A stretch of DNA of 64,000 nt from Cycas panzhihuaensis (Eukaryota > Plantae > Cycadophyta). Shown piece after piece: positions 45,303 to 57,802 of the stretch. The stretch lies in the NCBI GenBank assembly GCA_023213395.1, contig CM041465.1, forward strand, positions 72,423,741 to 72,487,740, in the 5' to 3' direction. Each line of letters starts with the position of its first letter. The stretch's first letter is position 1. The translations under genes were made by a program, and so were the position numbers. A model generated the notes under the pieces. That model ran no database searches. It saw nothing but the letters and a program-made list of their open reading frames with translations, and had not been told where the DNA came from.

Positions 45303-46460
45303 ATGGAGAGTCGTACTAATGGGAAGAAAAGTAAGCATAGAGATGAGGGATCGAGTGGTGGCCCTGCTCTTTCTTCTTCTTCTGGAGGCCTTGTCTCGCC
45401 CCCATGGCGACCAGATGACAAAAATGGGCACTACGTGTTTGAGGTTGGAGAAAATTTATCGCCTCGGTACAAGATCCTTGGGAAAATGGGTAAAGGAACT
45501 TTTGGGAGAGTTTTACATTGTTGGGATCGTGAAAAGCAGGAGCATGTAGCCGTCAAGATTATACGCAGTGTACAGCAATGTAGTGCTGAAGCTATGATTG
45601 AAATTGACATTCTCCGCACACTGGCAAACCGTGAGAAGAATGGATTGCGGGGCTGTGTACAGTTCAAGAATTGGTTTCAATATCGTAACCATGTCTGCAT
45701 TGTCTGTGAGAAGCTTGGGCCCAGTTTAGATGATTTCTTAAATGCAAACGACTGCCGGCCCTGCTCTCTTGAAATTGTTCGAGAGTTGGCACGTCACCTG
45801 TTGGAAGGTGTTGCATCTATTCATGACCTGACACTCGCACATACAGATCTTAAGCCTCAGAACATTCTTCTCGTCTCTTCCAAATATACAAAGGTACCCG
45901 TCAAGAATTCCCCACATAGGAAGAAGCTTTATAACTGCATTCCCACATCACTTGCAGTTAAAATCATAGATTTTGGCGCTGCTACATTTGAGGAGGAACA
46001 CCATAGCTCGTTAGTTTCCACCAGACAGTACCGAGCGCCCGAGGTGATTATGGGTCTTGGATGGAGTTATCCATGTGATTTGTGGAGTGTCGGGTGCATT
46101 TTGGTGGAATTATGCACGGGAAACAATCTTTTCGGTACCCATGAAGATTTGGAACACCTTGCAATGATGGAGCGGATGTTGGGACCACTTCCTCGATCCA
46201 TGATAAAAGGGGCAGATCAATCTGTAAGAAAGTACTTCAGAAATGGCAGGGAACTCAACTGGCCAGAGGGGGCTGCATCCAGACGCAGTGTTCGAGCAGT
46301 CCGGAGTCTACCCCGCCTACGGAATCTTATCACCCAAAATATGGGCCGTAACTCATCGAGATCCCTCATTGAGTTGCTTCATGGTCTGTTGAAGTTTGAT
46401 CCCAACAAGCGTCTCTCTGCTAAGGAAGCTTTGGAGCACCATTTCTTCACAGCACAATGA
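45303..46460 (+). CDS. AFC: LAMMER-family (AFC/CLK-type) dual-specificity protein kinase, 385 aa, uninterrupted ORF
   Basis: SPPWRPDDKNGHYVF, GKGTFG, VAVK, HTDLKP, DFG, YRAPE, WSYPCDLWSVGCILVEL and the signature EHLAMMERMLG; no stops; CpG retained. Confidence 0.96.
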   Translation: MESRTNGKKSKHRDEGSSGGPALSSSSGGLVSPPWRPDDKNGHYVFEVGENLSPRYKILGKMGKGTFGRVLHCWDREKQEHVAVKIIRSVQQCSAEAMIEIDILRTLANREKNGLRGCVQFKNWFQYRNHVCIVCEKLGPSLDDFLNANDCRPCSLEIVRELARHLLEGVASIHDLTLAHTDLKPQNILLVSSKYTKVPVKNSPHRKKLYNCIPTSLAVKIIDFGAATFEEEHHSSLVSTRQYRAPEVIMGLGWSYPCDLWSVGCILVELCTGNNLFGTHEDLEHLAMMERMLGPLPRSMIKGADQSVRKYFRNGRELNWPEGAASRRSVRAVRSLPRLRNLITQNMGRNSSRSLIELLHGLLKFDPNKRLSAKEALEHHFFTAQ

Positions 46461-47059
46461 AGACAGATGAGAGGCTCATCCTAATTTTTGGGAACCTCAC
46501 CTGATGTGTCATGTACGTTATGTCGTTGATATTACTGATACCGAATTCAACAAAGGAAAAGTGCTTTTTGTATTCTATGTTCCGTCATTGAATTTTATAT
46601 ATTATTCGTCCATTTCCGTGTGTCTTCCAGTGTTTTCTGTCTCAGATTGTGTTCTTTTTGTTATTTTTAATTGCAGTTGGAGGCAGTCGGTAGGCGTTTC
46701 CATTGGATTCATCGCTTCTACTCCGTATTTGCATGCTTTTAGTCGCCACCCCTCCTAACTCCGAACACCCTCTTTGCTCCCACCGAACGGCGATTTGCTT
46801 GTTGCCCCCCATTTTTTTTCGTTGTGATAATTGGTTTTATCGCACATCTTTATTCGTTGAAGTGGGAAAACTACTAATTGTTCCCCTCTGCTCCCAAAGC
46901 GCACATTTTAGGGTACTAAACATTTTTTATTTATATCTAATTTCTTGTAATTATTATTTTTTCCTTTCTCTTTTTTAATTTTCCATGGATTTTTAATTGT
47001 TTTATTCTAATTTCTTTTCATAAATGAATAGTCAAACTCTTATATATATAACTTATTAT

Positions 47060-48290
47060 TTTGGTTTTTTTAAAAACAAAATTAATATATATTACAAAAA
47101 AAGTGACATGTACAACTTGAGTAGGCTCTTCTAAAAATATTTTGTACATATGAGGAGTGTTTCTCTCATATATATACCAAAGTGAAGAAAAGTGACTAAT
47201 ATAATAGTCCCCACATCCCTTATTGCTTATAAGGGAGGAAGCAAATGAAATAGGATGCTAAGTAGGCAAATAAATTTTCCATTAGAAGGAAGTTTTCTTT
47301 TAAGGAACTAAACACTATACAAAAATAATTGGCATTATTGCAAAAAGGGTGAATAACTACGTTATCTATATTTGTAGTAAGAAATGCACCTTTAGCAAAT
47401 TGACAATACCACAATTGCTTATCCTAAGAAGGTAAGGAGATATCCAAAATGTAATTTAATTGTTGAAGAGCTCTTCACAAAAGGTGTTCAAGGGTAAATT
47501 AAATATAAAAAGTGATAACTTTTACAAGAATTTTATATACAATTTCAAGTTGAGTGATTAGTTATTATCCTCAAATTGATAATGCATCCTTTAGTTGTTA
47601 TCCTCTAATTGACATGGGAATTGATATAATAATGTTCATGTTAGCTTGATCTCCTCGGCAATAAGAAAATATCACCTTTTTATAGATATAAAGAAAATCA
47701 TGGTTAATAATATCCTAAAAGGCTATGTAAAATTCATTTCTCAAGAAATATTCTCCTAAGGCTTTCTCCTTTGCCATCAGCCATAAATTTCCTTTAAGCT
47801 CCTCTTTAAAAAGAACTCTATCGAGTTAGTCCCTATCATGATAATTAACTTTAGAGGTGATAACTAGAGTACATTTAGCTAATGCATCTACTACTTCAAT
47901 TATCATTAGTGACAAAAAGAAGATTTATGTGAAATGTTCAACAAGCATATACATTAGCTTCTTCGGACTAGAAGTTGTACAACCATACTTAGTATGAACA
48001 AAAAATTATATGACATGCATTTTGCCTCCCCCTAAGAGCAAAAAAGAAAAAAATTGAATAAGTATCCCCATCTTTAAGCCAATATAGTTCAGTTGTAACC
48101 TTTGTGCCTTGAGCTTTTGTAGATTTGGTAGAAAACTCAAGATGAGTTAAAGAGAAAATCTTAGGAACCAAGAGGCATAGCACCATTTAGTAATATATAA
48201 TGCCAAAAGAAGTGATTTAAGATCATGGTGAAATATTTCTTAGAACTTTAGCATTTAGAGGTAATTACAAGCATCAATGAATTCTTGGCA
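47060..48290 (-). mobile_element. Highly decayed, internally deleted LINE remnant
   Basis: T-tract at the left end; minus-strand WLKDGD.Y..FF (L1 ORF2 motif) at ~48060-48085; RNase H-like VVDALAK at ~47880. Confidence 0.5.
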
Positions 48291-48296
48291 GAGCAC

Positions 48297-51200
48297 TACT
48301 ACATAACTACCTCCTTAGTGGTATCTAACAAATGTACTTATGGAACCTAAAGGTTAGTGCGAGCTCTTAACATTTGTGCATATGCTATTTTCATTCACTA
48401 ATAGAATTTTAAGCAAGAGGTCTGCTTTCTCTATATAAGGCCTCATTAGATCTTAGTGGCCTCCATAATGTTATATTTAGTCTTTTATAATCATTCTCCA
48501 TTGGGCTTATAATTCTATAACCATCTCTTTATTATATTAAATTAATCCATCTTATTATTCTACCATATTTATGCCATGTTTTGTCTTGTACAAGTTAAAC
48601 ATGGGAAAACCAACTAAAAAATAGTTTAGTAGTGTTAGAGTTTGATCTAAGGGAAGCCATCAATAGTAGTAAGGGTGATAATAAGGGCATGATAACACCT
48701 TAACTTGTAAATTTCTTTTTGTATCTTTTAGTAGTAATTTCTTTCTTTCTATTTTAAATAGGTAATAACTTTCCTTTCCATTTTCTTATAACATTTAACT
48801 TTTTTTCTATAAATAATGGTCTAAGTAAAAACCCTATTTTGAGGGTTTTAAAACATCCATAGAATAATTATTATTTTTAGCTAAAGTTGCTTGGGGATAA
48901 CTTGGAACGTGAAGTGAGGTACTTTATTCATTAATATTAAGGTCTTAGATAGTGTTTGTATATGAAATTAAGCTTTTGCATACCCTTGGATATATAGGAG
49001 GGCCCTTATAGGATGTTTTGAAGCCTTAGAATAGGTAACCAATTGATCATTTATAACTTGTAGTGCATTGGTTAGTGATTAGTGTTAGGAAGATACTCTC
49101 CATAAATAACTCAAACCTGAAAAGTGTGGATATGGATATGATAATCCTCCATAGTTAGTGCCTTGAGATATTGAGTTGATTATTATTAATGAATAAGAAG
49201 TTTATTGTAGAGCCTATAAATTAGGCAATCTTTAAGTTAAGTATCTATCTAAATATTGGTTGTCTAAATTTTATTTTTGAGTTTATAATAATTGCTCAAA
49301 GCTACCATCTCTCTAAACTTGCATAAGGGACATCATCTTTTACTAAGTTAGTTTTAACCCATAGTTTTAGGATAAAATAATATTAGGCACCTTGTAGATC
49401 CCATGACTAAATTTTCATGTATAATCTCATCTCTATCATTTGTATAGAAACATGATAGTCCACTAAGTGAATATAAATGACTCTTCCCACTAACCCCTTT
49501 ATTATTTTCAAGCACAATTAAGGGTAGTCCCACAAACTTCATAGCATATTACCTCCTCCTAATAAATTAATTTCCCTCAATTAAATGTGTAAGCAATTAA
49601 CCAATAGCTTGGGATTTATAGTTCATCTTAATAACATAAAAGCTCAACTAATAACTCTCTATAATATATAACACCTTATCACTTAATACCAATATGTTTC
49701 TACTCCCCTTCTAGTTAGCCCCCCTCTAAATCATGGAATTAAGCACAACATTGACCTTAAAAATCCCCATGACTACATCTACTTTTAACCTTATTAGAAT
49801 ACCTACTTCTGAAAAAAAAGATTAAAATAGAGCTCCTTGACATGGGTGTAGTCCAAATTAGTAAATCCCATTTGCTAATCCCATTATCCTTGTTAAAAGA
49901 AGAAGGATATTTTTTATTGTATGTAAACTATGAGGAGCTAAATAAAATCACCATAAAAAATAAGTTCCCTACACCTCATATTAATGAGATGTTAGATAAA
50001 ATACACAGTATATCCATCTTCTTCAATCTTAAACTCCAATCTTAATATTGTTAAATCCTTATTTGTCTTAGTGATAACTACAAAACAACTTTTTGCACCT
50101 ACCATGGTTATTTTCAATTTCAAATAATGCCTCTAGCCTTTGTAATATCCCAACTGCCTTTTAAGCCCTTATGAATCAAAATTTTCCTTGAATCTTTATA
50201 AGTTTATTATTATTTTCTTTGATGATATTTATAGTTCCAACTTGTCCCAACACTTACATCATTTAGAAATTATCTTATAAATACTATGCAAATATTAATT
50301 GTATTCCAAACTCTTCAAATATAATTTGAATAAGCTCAATTATAGTGCTTTAGTTATATCATTTTGATAAAAGTTATTCATGTTGATACAAATAAGATAT
50401 TGATCATTACTTCATGGCCTCACTCAACTTTATGCTTTCCTAGGGCTCATAATATTCTATAACTATTATTCCTCTATTAACTAACCTCCTTAAGTTAATA
50501 ATTAAAGGCTCACTAGCTCATGTTAGTAGGAGCTCTTCCATACTTCAAGCACTACCTTTAACATGAGCTTAGCTTATTATCTGCAAAATTGACAACTATT
50601 CTAAGGTATTAAATAAAACCCTGGAGACTTATATGCATTACATCATGTTTGAGAACCAAAATAAATGGACATCTTTATTAACTCCTATCAAACATTAGTA
50701 TAATTCTTGTCACCATTCTACCATGGACATGTTTTTATTTTTAACTCTTTATGGATACCCTCTACCATCCCACCATATATTAGACACTAATTTATAGATA
50801 ATTATCATGCAATAGAAACTCCAAGATATAGATCATATCCTTAACAACCTTAAGTAAAACTTGCCTACTACTTGAAACCACATGAAATAACTTATTAAAA
50901 ACCACTATTATGATCACTTCTTTTTCAGTTGGTGACTTAGTATTCCTTCACTTCCTTAAGTCCTTATCTCTTAAAAAATGTTAAAACCATAACTTGAATC
51001 CTTGCTCCTATAGCTCTTATAAGATCCTCCATTAAATTTAAGAACTTTCCCATGCTTCAAAACTTTGTCCCAACACCAAAATCTATAATGTATTCCATGC
51101 TTCCTATCTTAAGAAGCACTTTAGACCATCCATCACCCCTAAAAATCCTTCCCATCCTTAATAGAGAACAACTTCTTACTATTCCTCTTGGTTATACCCT

Positions 51201-51750
51201 AATTAGTTATCAATGCCACCTTTATAATAGAACCATTTCAAAATACCTTATGGAGTCAGTCAGCTGTGAACTCAAGGAAGTGACATAAGAGTTAATTAAT
51301 TTTAATTGACAACATCTACATCTTTATAACTTTATAGATTTAACATCTTGAGGAGGTGGTGGGTGGGGGGACCTACTATATAGCTACCTCTATACTAGGA
51401 CCTAATTACTGCACATATGACTATAGGACTTGAATATTAGTATTAGCTATAAACATTTGTATAGAGGTCACTTTTATAAACCAATAGTATTTTAAGTGGG
51501 AGGCCTTTTTTCTCTATATAAAGCCTCATAAGATCTTAGTGATTTATTTTTGGCCAAGTCTATTGTAATCGATGCATTATTGTACTATATTTAGTATTTT
51601 GTAATTAGTCTTCATTAATCTTATAATTTTGTAACCGTCTATTTACTATAATAAAAATGATATGTCTTATTTCTTTACCATATCTATATCTTGTTGTATT
51701 TTCTTTCGCAAGCTAATTATGGAGAAAACTAAGTAAAGGATGATTTAATC
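48297..51750 (+). mobile_element. Decayed, internally deleted Ty3/Gypsy (chromovirus-like), LTRs ~48297-48630 and ~51374-51750
   Basis: RT VNYEELNKITIKNKFPTPHINEMLDKI, FFDDI; integrase remnants; LTRs share CTCTATATA(T)AA.GCCTCAT.AGATCTTAGTG; G-rich PPT 51348-51372. Confidence 0.8.
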
Positions 51751-54700
51751 CCTCCCCTTAAAGAGGGACAACTTTTATTCATTGACTATTCTCTATACTA
51801 TTTTATTTTTATTTAATATTATTATTTAACATTTTATGTATCATTCCATATGGATATATTATTAAACCCTATTGGGTTTGTGATAAGTAGTATTATAGCC
51901 ATCCACTACTACCACCCTCTTAGGTATTTCTATGGAAAGTTGAAATCATGTAGAAACTTTAGATTAGAAGTTAGGGCATGTGAAACAATTATATAATTAA
52001 TTAGGAAAGTGTTAAGTAGTTAGGCATAATATAGGGCTCTTGTTCTATGGTTTTCAAGACTAAAAATAGTGCTAGAAACCTTGTTTCAACTAAGAAATGG
52101 CAATCTCTACTTCAATCAGAGAAGAGAAATAAACTAGCACTCATTGAAACTTTTGACAAATTGTGGCATTTTCTTAAGAATGTGCCCATTGACTATAATA
52201 TTTAGTGAAGATAAAAGATCCCTATAGGCATTTCAAACTTTCATATGAACATCTTTGAAATATCACAAGGTGGTTCAGGGTGAATAATATTTTTTTTTTT
52301 TAAGTAGTTAAGTTTATTTTTTCAACCCTTCATCTTTTTAGAAGTACCTAATTATAATTAATCTATAACATCTTCATATTGAAGTGTCAAGTAGTATTAT
52401 CTACTTCATTAGATGTTACATTTAGTTTCCATTGAAATAAATAATCACATAATATATTTTGGTGCCAAAACATATGATCATTAAATCTCTAAAATTAACT
52501 AGAGAAATTTTTTAGAGTTCTGTGAGATCAATATTATAATCCTAAACAATAATTTTTATTTTGAATAGGAAATAATAGAGTGTTGGGATGACCCCCTAAT
52601 GGCCTAAGGGTACGTGTGTCTAGGGCCCCCCAAAGCCACCTTTGGGGCTCCCTAGGGCACCTAAAGCCACCTATTATTGTCCTTAGTTGACATATCAGGT
52701 ATGTTTGTATTATTTTAATTTATTTTTTAATATTATTGGCTAACCTACAGGGGGGGTTGAGGCGCTTAGGTACCTCCCTAAAAATCTATTTAAAGGGTTT
52801 CCATTCACCCTAGGTATTTTTCAACAACACCTTTGATTAATTTAGAAATTTGTTAATCAACACACAACGGCATCCTGACCTGCTCTATACTCTTGCACCA
52901 ACATTTGGTATCAGATTCATGTTTGTTTGATGGGATTAATGCTGGTTTGATTTATTTGATATATATTTCATTTGACTATAGTTCAACTTTGGTTTACTGA
53001 TTATATTTGATTAATTTTTTATATTGTTCACATAATATATTTACCATTAAAAATCAACAAAGGGTGACTTGCAGTCTTTCCAGTCCTATGCTTTAACCGT
53101 TGAGTGAAATTATCTGATATAACTGCTCATTGAACTCACAGCTGAGAAATTTACCTACTGGAAAAGATGTTTTATGATTTCATGCCTTGTGAAGGGAGAA
53201 ATCACTCGTTGAACTTCAATTCCCATTTTTTAGGCATTTTTTTATTCTACTTTATTCTTCCTTCACATAGCTCCATTTGTCACAAAATTTTACCAGTAGC
53301 TAGTCATCATAGATATCTAGCTCCCTCTGAAATTTTACAATGAACTGTCTCTCTGTTGGTAAGATCCAACCTCAGTTCCAGTTTCTCAATTGTTCATCAT
53401 TTTTGCATTATTTTTTTTTTAATATTTTTAAAATTTTTTGTAGAATTCAGTTATCTTTACCTAACGCCTTCTTGTAGATCTATCTTAGCTCAGACTTGAG
53501 AAAATTTGAAGTTATTTATCTTTATATGCATCTACATTCTCTCTGTTCTTTACCTTCTGTGTGTTTTTTTCTCACAACATAATACATTTTTTACATTGAT
53601 TCTCTGATTTAGTAATTGATCTTAATCTCCCACCTCTTTTTCAACTTTGAAAAGAAAAAAAAAAATCTTTTGAACCTTTAAAAATAAAGAATACTCCCCC
53701 TTTGAAAAATTAGATTTCTTTGTAAAGAAATAAGGATTTTTTCTTAAAAAAAAAACAGAAATAAAGATGAAAATAGATTCTAAATGAGAGTCAAGGATTT
53801 TTCCTTTTAGATTTGAAATAAAATAAGTGAATTTTCTAGATGACAACCAATCGAGTTCTTATAATTAAGTTGCTTAAAAATATATTGTTTTGGGAATGAA
53901 TGGGGGTCAAAAATCTTTTAATAATTATAAAAGGGTATAAATAAAATATTAGTCAAGCTCAAAAAGGGACTTTAAATAAGATTAAATTTGATAAAAGTGA
54001 AATAACTATGGCAAGAAATACCTGATTACTGAAATAAATAAGAAAATGGCTCCTTTTGCTCTAGAGACCCAACTGAACTAAATACATTGAGGATGTGTTA
54101 TATGTTCCATCATTAAGGAAGAACTTCCTATCAATGGGACAAATGATGGGTCAGGATTATAGAGTCATTTTTTACAATGGCGAGTGTGTTATCAAAGGCA
54201 AAAGATAAAATAAAGCAATTATTGTTAGAGGAAAAATGATAAAGGATAATCTATTTAAACTTGTCATCCCTCCATATTATGATTTGAAGATAACCATCAA
54301 ATTTGATAGTACCATATGGCATAAAAGATTTGGTCATTTAAACTATAATAGCTTGGCCTTAATTAAAAGGATAGAGATGGTTGATGGATTGTTTACTATA
54401 GAAGCAGATAAAGATGTTTGTGAAGGATGTTTACTTAGAAAACAACATAGGAAACCTTCTACAGATTTTACCTATAAAGAAAATAGTTCTCTTCAATTGG
54501 TTTGTACTAATATTTGTGGTCCCATGGACTATTCATCTCTCAAAGGAGCTAAGTACTTTATTACTTTCATTGATGATTATACAAGGAAAACATGGGTTTT
54601 CTTCATGAAATTCAAATCTAACACGTTTCAGCACTTTGTTGACTTCAAAGCCTATGTGGAGAGACAAAGTAGACATAAGATACTCTTCCTAAGATTAGAT

Positions 54701-56148
54701 AATGGGGTAGAATTTATTTCAAATCAATTTAATGCATATTGTGTTCATCATAAAATTAGGCATCAATTAACCAATCCCTACACCCCTCAATAAAATGGTG
54801 TAGCAGAAAGGAAAAATCGCACCATAGTTGAAATGGCAAGGTGCATGATGAAAGATAAAAGCCTTAGAAATCAATTTTGGGCTGAAGCAGTACATATTGT
54901 TATATATCTAATTAACAGAAGTACCACCAAAGAACTTTGATAGAAAACTCCCAAAGAAGCATGGACAGGATATAAACCTAACATCCATCACTTGAAAGTT
55001 TTTGGTTGCATAGTATATACTCACATTCCTAATTAAAAAAAATAAAATTGGATGATCATAGTACCAAATACATTTTTATTGGCTATAGTGATATGTCAAA
55101 GTCCTATAAACTTTATGATCCAAAGGCAAGAAAGGTCATTATGAGTAGAGATATTATTTTTAAAGTAAATGATTCCTATTATATTGATCATCATCAAGAA
55201 AAAGGAAAGAATATGACAATAAATCTCGATTCCAGTCCTAGGTCCACATATATACCACCTTGGTAACTCCATAAAAGGACCATTGATGTTGAAAGTGAGG
55301 AGGGAACTTCTTCTCAAGCTCCACCACAAAATTTTTCCTAGGGAGGAAACCTCCTAATCTCCATGACGAATAGTTCCTAAATAGACCCAAAGATATCATC
55401 CTATGGATAACATATTAGACCATGATTACAACAGAAGATCAACTTGATCTCATAGGGTAAACTATGCCCTTATGACTCGTGTTATGGAGACACATGAGTC
55501 TCAAAAATTTAATGAGGCTAATTCTAATGTTACTTAGAAGACAACCATGAAGGAAGAATACGACTCTATTATAAAAAATGACACTTGGGAATTGGTTGAT
55601 TTACCTCCTAACAAAAAGCCTATTGGGACCAAGTGGATATACAAACAAAATTAAGATCTGATGGCTCTATTGACAAATATAAAGCTTACCTTATTACAAA
55701 GAGATACTCTTAAAATGAAGGAATTTACTATAATGAGACCTTTGCTCCAGTTGCTAGAATGGAAACAGTTGGGATGATTATTAATTTGGCTACTCAAATA
55801 AAATGGGATGTTCATCAAATGGACATCAAAAGTGCTTTCCTTAATGGTTACATCGAAGAAGACATCTATGTCTCCCAACCCCTTAGTTTTGAGGTCAGGG
55901 GGGAAGAAAACAAAGTGTATAAACATAAGAAAGCACTTTATGGACTCAAACAAGCACTTAGGGTGTGGTATGCCCGAATCAATAAATATTTCAAGGATCA
56001 AGGCTTCAAAAGAAATCAATTTGACCCAAATTTATACACCAAGATCAAAGGAAAATTAATCCTAATTATGGTTTTATATGTTGATGATCTTGTGTACATT
56101 GGAAATGATCCACAACTCTCACATCTTTTCAAAGAAGATATGTGTAGA

Positions 56149-57499
56149 TGAAGGAAGGATGGATCTAGGAGATAAATCACTCACATGGACATGATGACAA
56201 TGGAGAATAAAAAAGAAGATGAAATAAGATATGAAAGTAAGCTTAGAGATGAGAATGAATAATAACTCCCTAATTGAGATTTCACCTTTTATTATTGAGG
56301 GTGGGCATTAGGATTAGGATTTTCTCGCCTAATGACATGAACTTAAAATTACATCTAAATGCACATAAAGTACATTTCATTAAGAGACTAATGCTAATAA
56401 TATATCCTAAGGTCACATAATTAATCTACACAAATGACCTTGATATATTAACCTCTTTCAATCTCCCCCTTAATGGTGGAAGGTCATTTTTAGAAAATCT
56501 ATTCTATGAGATCTTTATTTGAGCCGCATTATTACATTGAAATTCTAAATAACACTTTTGTGGGAAAACCCTCATGGGGAATAAAAGCTCACGAACTTTC
56601 TAAGATCTATAGCCCCTTTTATAAATCAAAATAGTTAAGGTGGATCTTTGATGTAGCCTGATAGCCAAGTAACTTAAATATATAGCTTAATCTGCTAAGT
56701 CTCCATATACTATTTGGTCATCCCCTATGCCATTTTGGGTTTTCATAGGTTCTAATTTTCCAAAATAGGTACAACCCTTATCCTTCCATGCCCACATGGG
56801 GTTTTCATAAAGAGGATAGAGTAGAGACTTACTCTTATTTTTTTGCACCAACAATGAGTTTTCACGAATAAAATAGAGTATGATGGTTATATTGCCATCT
56901 TCATTGATCAATCAAAGATGGAGGCCCTAAGGTCGAGCTACCTTTGGAACTATTCAAACTTCACCTTTTGCAGCGATTTGGTGAAGATATTAGCCACTTG
57001 ATCTGCTGTGGGGCAGTAATCTAATTGAATTTTGCTGTCATGAACAAGTTCCCTAATCCTATGGACTTTCGTACTTATGTGTTTGGTACGATTATGAAAT
57101 ACAGGATTTTTCATCATGCAGATTATTGATTGATTATCCACATAAAGACTTGTAGGATTTGTTTGGGTGATATTCAATGTTTCCAATAATTTTCTCGGCC
57201 ATATCACCTCTTTACTAGTCTTAGAAGTAGCAATGTATTTAGCTTTGGCATTCAGCTTTGGTAGTTAAATCTATAACTATCTTCTGTCATTTGGATCTCC
57301 ATGATATTGGTGCTGTTCCAAGAAATGTTACATACCTAAATGTAGATCTTCTTGTATCTTTATCTCTTACAAAGTCTGAGTCTGTCTATACAGAAAGCTT
57401 GAAGTCTGAATTAGGCTCATATAACAGACCATATTTGTTAGTCATCTTAAGGTATCTCAACACTCACACTGCTGCCTACCAATGATTCTACTTTGGACT
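56149..57499 (-). mobile_element. 3' fragment (RT end, RNase H, 3' UTR, PPT, 3' LTR 56149-56460) of the same Copia family as 13057-20549
   Basis: Reverse complement aligns with ~19220-20549; YVDNQS...KNPVFHNRTKHI...DQVANIFTK. Confidence 0.93.
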
Positions 57500-57802
57500 A
57501 TGGCTGGTTCACTTGCCAATGAGTCCTCTTCCCAAATCACCCTAGGGCTTTTGGCGTAACGACAAGTCACAAGTGGTATCAGAGCCAAGGTTCAAGGTTT
57601 AAATTTTGTGCATATGCCGGACAAAGCCCCTTTCCCTGATAGGGTTCCCATGCACCCCCGAAGTAGGTGGAATTGTAACACAAGTGATACGTTCCATGGA
57701 GGCCTCCTCGTCGCATGGGAGTATTGGACTATGGTTGGTTCACTTGCCGAGGAGTCCTCTTCCTAAATCACCCCAGGGCTTTTGGTGTAACGATAAGTCA
57801 CA
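57493..57802 (+). mobile_element. TRIM, Cassandra-like: truncated 5' LTR 57493-57571, 102-bp internal domain, 129-bp 3' LTR 57674-57802
   Basis: Direct repeat TTGGACTATGG.TGGTTCACTTGCC...AAGTCACA; perfect PBS TGGTATCAGAGC at 57574; PPT GAAGTAGGTGGAA; LTR TGTAAC...GTCACA. The TRIM structure is firm; the Cassandra label is tentative. Confidence 0.85.

Noticed and set aside
45096-45667. Antisense and alternative-frame ORFs overlapping the kinase
   Set aside because: Shadow ORFs of a GC-richer coding region.
57713-57759. A genuine 5S rRNA gene
   Set aside because: Only a short degenerate segment inside an LTR; no full-length 5S sequence.
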